Below are positions 1-9,151 of a DNA stretch of 40,806 bases, piece after piece. The position numbers were made by a program, and so were the translations under genes. Below the pieces are notes generated by a model. It was not told the origin of the DNA. It ran no database searches and worked only from the letters and a program-made list of their open reading frames with translations. The DNA is from a bacterium (GTDB lineage: Bacteria; SZUA-182; DTGQ01). Location of the stretch: NCBI GenBank assembly GCA_040752695.1, contig JBFMGO010000027.1:1-40806 (forward strand). Reading direction: 5' to 3'. The first letter of the stretch is position 1. The number at the start of each line of letters is the position of its first letter.

Positions 1-235
1 TCATCTCACTTCTGTAGCCCTGAAACTCGATGTAGACCCACTCCTTAGCCTCCTGGCCGGAGCTTCTTGGCAGAGCCAGAATGTCTGGACGAAGCTCTTT
101 TCCTTTCAGCACAACGGCCTTAGCCTCATACCCGGCTGGATCTTTCACTCCCAGCAATTTAAGAACCGCCTCCCCGCCAATAAGCATCAGGTGGTAAAAA
201 GCATCATCCGTGCCCCGCCTGCCTGTACCGGTCAT
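1..235 (-). CDS. Rpn-like/DUF2887 PD-(D/E)XK nuclease-family protein (5' part; runs off the window)
   Basis: Not in the ORF track. Manual translation from ATG at 235, preceded by GAGGAGG: MTGTGRRGTDDAFYHLMLIGGEAVLKLLGVKDPAGYEAKAVVLKGKELRPDILALPRSSGQEAKEWVYIEFQGYRSEM. The TDxxFY...RPD...YIEFQ pattern is typical of Rpn/DUF2887 proteins. Confidence 0.7.
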   Translation of the reverse strand, partial: MTGTGRRGTDDAFYHLMLIGGEAVLKLLGVKDPAGYEAKAVVLKGKELRPDILALPRSSGQEAKEWVYIEFQGYRSEM

Positions 236-424
236 TCGTCACTCTTCCTCCTCATTATTCCCTTTTAAGGCTATTCACCTTGCCCTGCCTCACGTGACAG
301 ATTGGTCTCCTTCAACTGTCACTCTCTGATGCGCCTGTTCTAAAAATACCTTCTCTCCGCTTTTCTAAAGTGAGGAGGGAGGATTTTAACATAGAATTCT
401 ATTTTGAGATAGGCTCATGTACGA

Positions 425-3400
425 CTACTGTCCACTGTTTAGCGCCTTAACCCGGTCTCCGACCTTGAATTCACTTTGTCGGTCCAGAACTTCGGCCAGG
501 GCAGTATGCTCATAGATGGATTTTATACGGATGGTTCCTTTCGGCAGCTCATTTTTGGTTTGATCCAGCACCTTAAAGGACTGGTCCTTCAAGATGCCGA
601 CCCCGGCACCAAGGTTAATTTCCACGGACTGATCGCTGCATGATACAACCCTTCCCTGAAGCGGGTACTGATCCTGCAGGACCTTGATGGTTTTGTTGAC
701 TAGATCCGAGGCCGCCCTGCTCAGGGAATCCGGCTGCTCCAGAGAGAAGGTACCGGAGAAGGCTGAAATGATCCGTGTGCTTTTTGTTTCCACCAGGCGA
801 AGGCTTACCTGCGGCTCTATCCGCTGAGCGGCCTGCCCAGTCTGGTCGATTTGCCCTGTCTGGCCTGTCTGCCCTGGTTGCCTGTCCTGACTGGCTTGCC
901 CTGCATGGCTGGTCTGGCTGGCTTGCTCTGCGTGCTGCCCTGCATGGCCGGGCTGCCTGGTTTGCCCTATGTGCCCGGCCTGACTGAATGGATAAAAAAC
1001 AGGCTCAGGAAAGAGAATGACCTGGGCCGAGAGGATATCGCCGGCCCCTTTGAGTGCATCAGTGGAGAGGGTTCCGATCTCGAGCTCCTGAACAATAGCA
1101 GCCAGCCGCGCCCTTTCCAGGATGGACAGACCAAGGGTGTGGGTACGGGTAAATGCTTCGACCATCTCTTTAAAGAGCAGGTCAAAATGGGGTTTGACAA
1201 CCCTGGCTGTGTTAGCATCGATTCTTTCCCAGTCGGGCAGGATTATGGCAATGGAGAGAGGCAAAGAGGTCCATGTGTCCGACTCTTTTTCCCTGGTGAA
1301 GAACCCCTTTTCCCTGAGCTTGCTGTTTAACTGGTCCTGGTAAGCAAAGAGAAGTTGAATGATCTGCATGCTCTTTTGAAAGTCTGAATCGAGTCCAGCA
1401 CTCCTTACAGCATCTCCTGACGGCTGTGAGAGGACTGCCCCCGGCCCCTGGCCTTGAGAAAATGGCTGATTGGGAAGGATGGGACCTGCATTGTGTTGAA
1501 ATCTGACGATGAAAAGGACAAGAAGCAGAAGGAAAAGACTGCCTCCGGCAGCAGCCAACGCCCACTGACGCACCATGGAGGCATGGGATGAGGAAGCGGT
1601 ATTGTCAAAAGGCTCACAACCTGGCCCCGCAGCATCATCTGGCACTCTTTTTCCTGCCCCTGCTCCTCCCGGACCCTGGCCTGTATCAGTGCCTGACTCT
1701 GCCCCTGTTCCTGCTCGTGCCCTTTCCCATGATGCACATGGTGCGGAGGTGTCCAGAGTGTCCGGAATGTTCACCCTGCCTGTATCCTGCTGCCGTGTCT
1801 CTTTGCCAGCTTCGGCAGCCTGTATCTGGTTGAGGTAATTGGATGTAGGGTCCCCGTACAGCAGATAGCTTGCCCAGACGACTGTTTCCTCACCATATCT
1901 TCTGATCAGTGATAGCCTGGCCTCCCTTACAGCCTCACCAGTTGTCAGTCCGGACAGGAGGTATTTGTAAAACTCCATGGCAAACTGACTGCCAGGCTCA
2001 TCCAGAATTTCCCAGAAGGTGCCCACATAGTGCTTTACTCCGCTCAGCAAAAAGGCATGGGCCAAACCGTAAATCTCATCCTGGAAGTGTTCCTTTAAAA
2101 CCCACTCTTCGGTTCGGGCTGACTGGCAGGCATTTGAAAAGATGAGACTGGGCATGGTTGATGATCCGCCCATCCGGATAACATCCTGGGCAGTAAGCGT
2201 CCCTTTGGTGAGACGCCAACCACCTTTCTCAGGGTTTTCCTGACTGTAATCGGCATGGCCTGCAAAGTGGACCAGGTCGAAGTACCTCAATTTTTCCTTG
2301 ATATATGCAGGGGTAATGTTCTGGGAGCGCAGGGCTGCATTGATGAAATTTCCGTAATGGGCCAGGTGTTCCTGGATCTGGACGCCCTCCCGGTAGGCAT
2401 CCTTGAGATCACCCGAAGGGTCGGCTATAATCAGAATCCGCAATGGCTTAGCCAGGACACGGGTTTTAATCCCCTGTACAGCCTGCCTGGTTTTCACCAA
2501 GCGGCCCATATTAAATCTCTGGCAGAGGAATTCCTGGCCGTCGTAGAGCAGTTCCCAGGGGACCTGGACCAGTTGATCATCGATGTTCAGGCACAGGTAT
2601 TCGGCCTTCGTCTCACGAAGCTTTGCTTTGACTGAAGGGGTTAAAAGCTCATTGTAAAAAACCCGGCCCATTGCCCGCAGCTTGAGCAAAACCTCCAGGC
2701 TGAAGCGACCCTGGCGGCTGACCTTGTTCAGGGTCTCGACCATCTCGTGGCACCTGGTTTTGATCCAGTCCATGGAGACCGGAACTTCCTCGTAGTTGCA
2801 TAAGGTGCTCTCCTCACCGGACATGCGCTCGTTGATACTTATTTTAAGATGCGCTTCATGGCGGGCAACCTCAAGCTGAATAAGTCTCACCGCTGCCACA
2901 GAAGCTCCCTGCGCCACAGGGGCACCCTGGGCCATGAAGACTCGCTGTTTCCCGTCTTCACTGGATGAAGACAGTGCCCCTCCACCGAAAGCCCGGACCC
3001 TCGGCTCCGGACCCAGGATAATGTCCTCGTCCCGCCAGACCACGCGGTAAAGTTCCAGGGGCTCGGCCTTGCCCTTGACTCTGGCCGCTCCGCAGGATCG
3101 GCAGAGGATATGCTCGATTCCCCGGACCTGCTCGTAAATCCTGCTTGAAACCAGTATCTGGTCAGGCCCTGCCTGGGTCTGAATGCGTGAGGCTACATTG
3201 ACCACATCCCCATGAATATCCGCCTGGTCCACCAGTGCCTGACCGATGTTGATCCCGATCTTGACGTGGATCCGGTCACTTTCCTCCACAGTGCAGTTAT
3301 ATTCGTGCAGCCCTTTTTGGATATCCACCGCTGCCTTGACCGCATCCAGGGAGTTTGAGAAAGAGGCCATGACCGCATCGCCGATGGTCTTGACGACCAT

Positions 3401-3655
3401 TCCCCTGTGCTTTTCAATAATGGGCAGGACAATCTGGTTGTGCCGCTGGATCAGGGTCAACCCGCTTACGTCGCCGTGAATATCGGTATGCCTGGTATAA
3501 CCGCAGATATCGGTAAAAAGAATGACTACTTCTTTTTCAAATCGTTCGCGGAGTATCTGCTCGAGCCGATCCCTCTCCCGTAGAATTTCTTCAATATTAC
3601 CGGATCGGACATCTTCTGGTTGTGCTTTGATTCCCTTCTCTTCTTTCATGTCCAT
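425..3655 (-). CDS. Class III adenylate/guanylate cyclase + CHAT (caspase-like) domain + TM helix + periplasmic CsgG/FlgT-like region
   Basis: Cyclase motifs ILFTDICGYT, KTIGDAVMA and DIHGDVVNVASRIQ. CHAT motifs QVPWELLYD, LVHFAGHAD, FSNACQS and WASYLLYGDP. TM segment SLFLLLLVLFIV. C-terminal ERARLAAIVQELE and YPLQGRVV...INLG. Likely start ATG 3655 after GGGAGA. Confidence 0.85.
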   Translation of the reverse strand: MDMKEEKGIKAQPEDVRSGNIEEILRERDRLEQILRERFEKEVVILFTDICGYTRHTDIHGDVSGLTLIQRHNQIVLPIIEKHRGMVVKTIGDAVMASFSNSLDAVKAAVDIQKGLHEYNCTVEESDRIHVKIGINIGQALVDQADIHGDVVNVASRIQTQAGPDQILVSSRIYEQVRGIEHILCRSCGAARVKGKAEPLELYRVVWRDEDIILGPEPRVRAFGGGALSSSSEDGKQRVFMAQGAPVAQGASVAAVRLIQLEVARHEAHLKISINERMSGEESTLCNYEEVPVSMDWIKTRCHEMVETLNKVSRQGRFSLEVLLKLRAMGRVFYNELLTPSVKAKLRETKAEYLCLNIDDQLVQVPWELLYDGQEFLCQRFNMGRLVKTRQAVQGIKTRVLAKPLRILIIADPSGDLKDAYREGVQIQEHLAHYGNFINAALRSQNITPAYIKEKLRYFDLVHFAGHADYSQENPEKGGWRLTKGTLTAQDVIRMGGSSTMPSLIFSNACQSARTEEWVLKEHFQDEIYGLAHAFLLSGVKHYVGTFWEILDEPGSQFAMEFYKYLLSGLTTGEAVREARLSLIRRYGEETVVWASYLLYGDPTSNYLNQIQAAEAGKETRQQDTGRVNIPDTLDTSAPCASWERARAGTGAESGTDTGQGPGGAGAGKRVPDDAAGPGCEPFDNTASSSHASMVRQWALAAAGGSLFLLLLVLFIVRFQHNAGPILPNQPFSQGQGPGAVLSQPSGDAVRSAGLDSDFQKSMQIIQLLFAYQDQLNSKLREKGFFTREKESDTWTSLPLSIAIILPDWERIDANTARVVKPHFDLLFKEMVEAFTRTHTLGLSILERARLAAIVQELEIGTLSTDALKGAGDILSAQVILFPEPVFYPFSQAGHIGQTRQPGHAGQHAEQASQTSHAGQASQDRQPGQTGQTGQIDQTGQAAQRIEPQVSLRLVETKSTRIISAFSGTFSLEQPDSLSRAASDLVNKTIKVLQDQYPLQGRVVSCSDQSVEINLGAGVGILKDQSFKVLDQTKNELPKGTIRIKSIYEHTALAEVLDRQSEFKVGDRVKALNSGQ

Positions 3656-4216
3656 GATTAATCTCCCGACCAATCATAATGAGGCACTTTGTGGGGGGAA
3701 CCTCAGTACCGGTTCTGCGGCTGGGCGAGTATGGAGAGATTTTGAGTAATAAACCTTCCAGGAATGAATCTCCCCGGGTGTTACGTGTCGGATCCTTCGG
3801 ATATCAGGCGGTGATCGCCTTGATTACCTTATGATAATATAATAATAAACCGGCTGCGGGAAGTATGTCAAGCAATTGGAAAGATTTGCCACAAAGATCG
3901 GTGCTCAATAGCCGGTAGTGGGTAATACAGAGCCAATAATGAACAATTAATAACCGATGGCAAACAATCAGCGCTTATTTCAGAATCAATGTTTCTCTTT
4001 CCATAACGCTCAATTTTTTCTTTCCATACGCACAGTCTTTCATTTCCATGCGCACAGTTTTTAACCTTCAAAATATGCGGCAGCAAAAAAAGGGATTCTC
4101 TATTTACAGGGAAAATTAGATTTAACCCGAATTCTCTTATTATAGAGAGTAATTCAAGGAGAAGGGCAAAAAGGATCTGGCCGGAAAGAGAAGGGCCGGA
4201 AAGAGAAGGAGAGTAT

Positions 4217-5356
4217 ATGAACGGATCAAAGGGGCTCGGAAAAGAAATCAAAAGACGATCTTTTTTAAAAGCTGTTGGACTTTCTTCACTGGGGTTGGGT
4301 TTGAGTTTGGGATTCCCATTCTCTGCCAATTGGTGGAAAAAAAATAATGCGGAAGCGCATGAAGGAGCTTCCGTAGACTGGAAAACGGACGAAAATGGCA
4401 ATAAGTACTTTGTTCCGAAAAACATTCGGACAGACCTGGTCAATGAGAAGAAAATAGTAGTAGCGAAGATCGATGGGACCTGGTGCAAATATGCTGTCAG
4501 GGAATTTGATAATGAATTTTATGATTGGTGGCTTGCTGAAAAAATCTGGTACTTTGATAAGCTCATCGCCTTTGTTCAGGGTGAAAGTGAAGATATGAAT
4601 ATTCCCAATGGGGGTCACCATCACCCCATGATATCAACATACGGAAAGAAATTTGCCAGCCGGGGTGACAGTGAGTTCCATCTTAACACGACCGCCAAAG
4701 GATTTACCATACTTCCCAAGCCGGAGAATATCCAGAAGATAAATGATGAGGTTAACAAGGTTTATAAATCGGGGAAGGTTCCGTTGGATGTTTTTAAACT
4801 CAAACGGCAGCTCTATCAGGATAGAGAGCTCTGGGACAAGACCAGGTTTGGCACCCTTGAGCTTTATACCGGCCGGCCCATCAACGACCAGGACACTGCC
4901 GGACAGTTTGGTTTCACGGAGACCCACACCTTTCAGAACATTGCTGCCAATCCAATGGCCACACTGACCTATATGTCACTTTTTAATACAGACGGGAGCC
5001 AGACCTACCTGGAAGGTATGCCCTATCTGACACCACACTTTGAATTTCGGGGCTTTTGCTGGCTCATCTCCTATTATAATCCTGGCAACTCCAAATATGA
5101 GAAGGACATTGCTGATTATATCAATCAGTCACACAGCAAGTTTCACGGCGGTGTCAGCGACATTATGGTAAATATTTTCCTGGTTGCTGAAGAGTTCAAT
5201 AATACACCCGGCTACAGCCCCGGTCTTGGCAAGCGTATTGTTCCATCCTATGAATATAAGGAAGCAAAGACAGCACAGGTCGGGCTTCAGCACAGGAAAA
5301 AACTGGCCAGAGAAGAGAGAATCGAGCTCATCAGAAGATTGCGGCTTCCTGTTTAG
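4217..5356 (+). CDS. Tat-exported hypothetical protein, possibly an FMN-binding split-barrel (PNPOx-like) fold
   Basis: KRRSFLK twin-arginine signal and AAGGAG RBS. THTFQNIAANPMATL resembles the T..N...NP motif of PNPOx-like proteins, but this match is weak. Confidence 0.6.
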   Translation: MNGSKGLGKEIKRRSFLKAVGLSSLGLGLSLGFPFSANWWKKNNAEAHEGASVDWKTDENGNKYFVPKNIRTDLVNEKKIVVAKIDGTWCKYAVREFDNEFYDWWLAEKIWYFDKLIAFVQGESEDMNIPNGGHHHPMISTYGKKFASRGDSEFHLNTTAKGFTILPKPENIQKINDEVNKVYKSGKVPLDVFKLKRQLYQDRELWDKTRFGTLELYTGRPINDQDTAGQFGFTETHTFQNIAANPMATLTYMSLFNTDGSQTYLEGMPYLTPHFEFRGFCWLISYYNPGNSKYEKDIADYINQSHSKFHGGVSDIMVNIFLVAEEFNNTPGYSPGLGKRIVPSYEYKEAKTAQVGLQHRKKLAREERIELIRRLRLPV

Positions 5357-5527
5357 TTCACAGCGGTTTTCGCTCCTCCCCGCCCTTTTGTAAAGGGATT
5401 GGGGGATTTACAGCATCTGGAGCAAACACAATTGGAAACCGATGGATAAAGGTGATACCTCTTCACAACCAAGTTTGTGAAGAGGTGAAGAGAGGAAGCT
5501 GAGTTGGTAATAAATTCACCACATGAA

Positions 5528-5593
5528 CGTCGTTCCCGCGAAAGCGGGAATCCAGAAGTGAAGATACGGATTCCCGCTTTCGCGGGAATGACG
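5528..5593. repeat. REP-like nested palindrome (GTCATTCCCGCGAAAGCGGGAATCC type), inverted pair
   Basis: The arms CGTCGTTCCCGCGAAAGCGGGAATCC and GGATTCCCGCTTTCGCGGGAATGACG are 25/26 reverse complements. A related half unit lies at ~38825-38847. Confidence 0.85.
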
Positions 5594-5952
5594 AAATGAT
5601 TGAAAACCACTGGATAAAGGCCGAACGGATTACCTCTACAAATTCGGATAAGAGTGACGAGATAGTGAAAATAGGCGGGGACCTTAGCTAAACATAATCA
5701 TAGGTGCTGAACCATTCCCCACCTTATTTCCTTTGACTGGTGCCCACCAGTGAAGGGGTGCTCTCCCCATCACCAGCGGGCTATTTTTATAATAGCACTA
5801 AATCTATTTGAAAACAATATATTTTTAGCAATATCGTCTAGAGCTGTTCCCCGAGTTTCCTGGAACTCATTCAAAGACCCATCAGCAATAAGCGGCGTAT
5901 CTCTACCCCTTTTATTTAGGAAGGAGAGATAGTGGCTCGGAAAAATTCCCGG

Positions 5953-6294
5953 TCAGGGTAATGTTTTTCTGGGCAGGTGACCCATCATCTTGAGTACATC
6001 CCTTATGAGGTCATTATATTGCCCCATCTGCTCAGCTCTCGTAGGGTTGAAATAGTCAAGAATGTCAATAAAATCCTCTCTTAAGGTAGCAAACGTTTCA
6101 AATAAATCTAACATTGTTATCTGCGGGATTGGAGTATCTGATTCAGTACTGGCTTGAACATACGAGGTTTCTTTTTCCTGGGTTTGAAATTCTCTGTCTG
6201 CAAAGGCAGAATCAGCACCAGCCAAGCAACTGATACAGCTAATAAGGATACACACGAATAAAAGGCTTATTATATTTTTGACTTTCTTCCTCAT
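5953..6294 (-). CDS. Small secreted hypothetical protein
   Basis: MRKKVKNIISLLFVCILISCISCLAGADSAFA signal peptide; GAGGTG RBS upstream of ATG 6294. Confidence 0.6.
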   Translation of the reverse strand: MRKKVKNIISLLFVCILISCISCLAGADSAFADREFQTQEKETSYVQASTESDTPIPQITMLDLFETFATLREDFIDILDYFNPTRAEQMGQYNDLIRDVLKMMGHLPRKTLP

Positions 6295-6374
6295 GCAATC
6301 CACCTCACCGAGCTATTGGGGTTATAGAGTTATAATACTTTTCTTAGCTGATAGTTCGGTTGAAAACAAAAAAA

Positions 6375-6442
6375 TTCGTTACCGCGTAGTAAGTTGAATA
6401 ATTCACGATTCGTTACCATGCAGTAAGTTGAGTGGTTCACGA
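6375..6442. repeat. Two 34-bp direct repeats, each with a TTAC-N6-GTAA palindrome (operator-like)
   Basis: TTCGTTACCGCGTAGTAAGTTGAATAATTCACGA and TTCGTTACCATGCAGTAAGTTGAGTGGTTCACGA, located between divergent genes. Confidence 0.6.
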
Positions 6443-6482
6443 AAAGATCGCCTATTTTATGTGAAATAAACCTTATAAAGAT

Positions 6483-6511
6483 TAGACATATTAATTTTTA
6501 TATAGTATAAT
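6483..6511 (+). promoter_or_regulatory. sigma70-type promoter
   Basis: TAGACA-17 bp-TATAAT, 60 bp upstream of the 6571 ATG. Confidence 0.65.
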
Positions 6512-6570
6512 ATTGATTATATATTCACATGTTATCGATTTAACCTTTAAAATGCATGAGGTAAGCTCAC

Positions 6571-8043
6571 ATGAATCAACAGCAGAGATCAGGAAGATTA
6601 AAAAATTTGACATTATGTTTTATGTTCCTTAGTTTCATTCCTTTGATTCATATTGGATGCTGGAGTTGCGGAGCGGCATCGACCCGGGGAATAATCATCG
6701 ATCATACCTGCACCAACATAAGCCGGATTCCGGAACAGTGGATTAACAAAGCCAAAGCCGAATTCAAAATCAGTTATGGACATACCTCTCATGGCAGTCA
6801 GCTTATAAGCGGAATGAGGGGCATGAGGGGTGAGATCGGCTCTCTCTACTGGTTCGACAAAGATGGGGCTCAGGGAGGTCTCTCCTTTCATGATTACGAG
6901 CCCAGCGGCGATCTTGGGAATCCAGACCGTACGAGTTGGGCAAGCAAGACCCGTTCACTTCTGGATCAACCGGGCAATGACCGAAATCTCATTATGTGGT
7001 CCTGGTGCGGGCAGGTATCAAGTGCCACTGAAGAGGATATCAAGACTTATCTTAATCTCATGAGTAAGCTGGAGGAAGATTACCCTGAGGTCACTTTTGT
7101 TTATATGACCGGCCACCTGGATGGATCTGGTAAAAAGGGAAAACTGAATACGCGAAATGAGCAGATCCGTGATTTTTGCCGGGCAAACAATAAGGTCCTT
7201 TTTGATTTTGCTGACATTGAAAGTTATGATCCTGACGGCAACTGCTTTCTGGATAAAAATGCCAATGATAACTGCGACTACAAGGATGGATCAGTTACCC
7301 GGAACTGGGCCAAGGAATGGTGTGATGCTCATCCTGGTGAATGTTCCGAATGCACTTGCGCTCATTCGCAATCTTTAAACTGCGATCTCAAGGGAAGGGC
7401 TTTTTGGTGGATGATGGCCAGGCTTGCTGGCTGGAATCCCGACTCAGCCGCCACGTCTGACCCATCGAACCCGTCTAACTCCGGCACGGGGGGAACCCCT
7501 CAAGTGAGCTGTAACGGTGATCTAAACAGAGACAGTGAGATTACTCCAAAAGACGCCCTGATCGCTTTTCAGTGTTATCTCGGACTTGGCCCTTGTTCTT
7601 ATTGCACTGATGTGAACTTCGATAGCATGGTTACCCCGGCTGATGCTTTGTGCCTGTTTAAAACATACCTGGGAGCGATTTCCTGCCTGGCAGGGAGCGG
7701 GGTAGCCGAAGCGGCGAATTCGGACCCCTTCCCGGACCCGATCCCGACCCCCTGGAATATCGACCTTTACGGCAACGTAAATGCAAATGAGGGCTCCTGG
7801 GTGCTCGCGTATAGCACTGACGGCATACTATGCGGAAAGGCCATCGTAAAAGAGAATGGAAATTATGGAGTTCTTCATATCTACCTGGACGACCCCGGCA
7901 CCAAAGAGAAGGATGGGATGCAGCTTGGAGAGCCGATTATTTTTGAGGTCGATGGGGTGAAAGCCATCCCCTTTGGACCAGATGAGGCGATGTGTCAGGG
8001 AAATACAGACGATCTGATGCAGATTAACCTGAAAGTTGAATGA
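6571..8043 (+). CDS. Secreted modular protein: SGNH-like hydrolase domain, S/P/G linker, Cys-rich dockerin-type double EF-loop, C-terminal beta domain
   Basis: N-terminal signal. YGHTSHGSQL ... LFDFADIESYDPDG ... AHSQSLN motifs. Dockerin-like GDLNRDSEITPKDAL and TDVNFDSMVTPADAL. Confidence 0.7.
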   Translation: MNQQQRSGRLKNLTLCFMFLSFIPLIHIGCWSCGAASTRGIIIDHTCTNISRIPEQWINKAKAEFKISYGHTSHGSQLISGMRGMRGEIGSLYWFDKDGAQGGLSFHDYEPSGDLGNPDRTSWASKTRSLLDQPGNDRNLIMWSWCGQVSSATEEDIKTYLNLMSKLEEDYPEVTFVYMTGHLDGSGKKGKLNTRNEQIRDFCRANNKVLFDFADIESYDPDGNCFLDKNANDNCDYKDGSVTRNWAKEWCDAHPGECSECTCAHSQSLNCDLKGRAFWWMMARLAGWNPDSAATSDPSNPSNSGTGGTPQVSCNGDLNRDSEITPKDALIAFQCYLGLGPCSYCTDVNFDSMVTPADALCLFKTYLGAISCLAGSGVAEAANSDPFPDPIPTPWNIDLYGNVNANEGSWVLAYSTDGILCGKAIVKENGNYGVLHIYLDDPGTKEKDGMQLGEPIIFEVDGVKAIPFGPDEAMCQGNTDDLMQINLKVE

Positions 8044-8159
8044 GTACCGGATCTTTCATGTACAATGAAAAATTCTGCAATTTTGCCCTGCACTTGACCG
8101 GCTGGTTTTCCAACCAGTTTCGTATCCAATTACCCGACCCGTGCAATTAAGAGTTCTCC

Positions 8160-8204
8160 TTCTCGTCCATTCCCCTCAAGGTTTCTGAGGGAAATGGACG
8201 AGAA
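8160..8204. terminator. Stem-loop between convergent genes (probable terminator)
   Basis: TTCTCGTCCATTCCCCTCA...TGAGGGAAATGGACGAGAA inverted repeat. Confidence 0.7.
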
Positions 8205-8230
8205 GCATAAAAAATTGCAGCCAGAGCCTG

Positions 8231-9058
8231 TTACACAACCGGAATGGGAAGTGTTAACTGGAAGGCTCCGGTTTCAAGTATGGTTTTACTTTGAGTTATC
8301 GTGTAATTACCGGACATGGCAGTCGCGGAAGAGAGTGTTCCCACAATCTGGACAGTAACCGTCGTACCAGTTACGGAAAGACCGGTACCACTCAGGATTA
8401 TCTGGTTATTCAATAACTGCCCGGTTACATCAACCAAAGTTGGGATAATGGCGTTATTCGCTAATTGGACAGTACCCGCAAGGGCAGTTGTAATCAGTGG
8501 GTCTTGCACAATGGTGAGAGTCATGGGATTAGGAGAAGAAAAAGTAATCCACCAGGACCCCGTCCATGTACCTGCCTGTTCGGCTAACCCATACATTAAA
8601 CCGAGGCCGCCGAGCCCATAGAGACCACTACTACTGAGCCCGCCATAAAGTCCCAGGCCGCCATAGAGTCCGCCAAGCCCGCTGCTATAACCGCCATAGA
8701 GCCCGCCAAGCCCACTGAAAAGCCCGCCGTAGCCGCCGCCGAAAAGTCCGCTACCGCCATAGAGCCCGCCGTAGCCGCCGCCGAAAAGTCCGCTATAACC
8801 GCCATAGAGCCCGCCGTAGCCGCCGCCGAAAAGTCCGCTATAACCGCCATAGAGCCCGCCGTAGCCGCCGCCGAAAAGTCCGCTATAACCGCCATAGAGC
8901 CCGCCATAGCCGCCGCCGAAAAGTCCGCTATAACCGCCATAGAGCCCGCCGTAGCCGTAGCTGTAATAAGCATGAGCAGTGCCGAGAGAAATTGATGTGA
9001 AAGCGAACAGGAAAAGAAAACAAATGACCGCGTTCTTAGATTTAGCAGATAGATTCAT
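8231..9058 (-). CDS. Secreted Gly/Tyr/Leu-repeat protein with a C-terminal beta-rich domain
   Basis: True start is ATG 9058 after GGAGGAGG. Signal peptide ends in AHA, followed by (YGGLYGGYSGLFGGG)x~5, then a globular tail starting AEQAGTWTGSW. The ORF-track extension to 9220 is a repeat-derived artefact. Confidence 0.85.
   Translation of the reverse strand: MNLSAKSKNAVICFLFLFAFTSISLGTAHAYYSYGYGGLYGGYSGLFGGGYGGLYGGYSGLFGGGYGGLYGGYSGLFGGGYGGLYGGYSGLFGGGYGGLYGGSGLFGGGYGGLFSGLGGLYGGYSSGLGGLYGGLGLYGGLSSSGLYGLGGLGLMYGLAEQAGTWTGSWWITFSSPNPMTLTIVQDPLITTALAGTVQLANNAIIPTLVDVTGQLLNNQIILSGTGLSVTGTTVTVQIVGTLSSATAMSGNYTITQSKTILETGAFQLTLPIPVV
8717..8953 (-). repeat. 45-bp coding tandem repeat (4 near-perfect copies, one 42-bp copy, one partial)
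   Basis: Unit TACGGCGGGCTCTATGGCGGTTATAGCGGACTTTTCGGCGGCGGC. Confidence 0.95.
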
Positions 9059-9074
9059 AATAAGCCTCCTCCAT

Positions 9075-9151
9075 AACCATACGAAAACCATATGAAAACC
9101 ATATGAAAACCATAGGAAAACCATACAAAAACCGTACAAAAACCATACGAA
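9075..9151. repeat. Seven-copy 11-bp tandem array (AACCATAyGAA) abutting the RBS of the Gly/Tyr gene
   Basis: aaccatacgaa aaccatatgaa aaccatatgaa aaccataggaa aaccatacaaa aaccgtacaaa aaccatacgaa. Confidence 0.9.

Noticed and set aside
3958..3972. TGGCAAACAATCAGC as a sigma54 promoter for the Tat protein
   Set aside because: GG-N10-GC spacing is present but the -12 element lacks the TTGC/ATGC context; too weak.
3868..4488. 206-aa minus-strand ORF and many other antisense or overlapping ORFs in the track (e.g. 12121-12657, 16772-17332, 36209-36895)
   Set aside because: They are shadows of well-supported genes on the opposite strand or frame, with no motifs or RBS.
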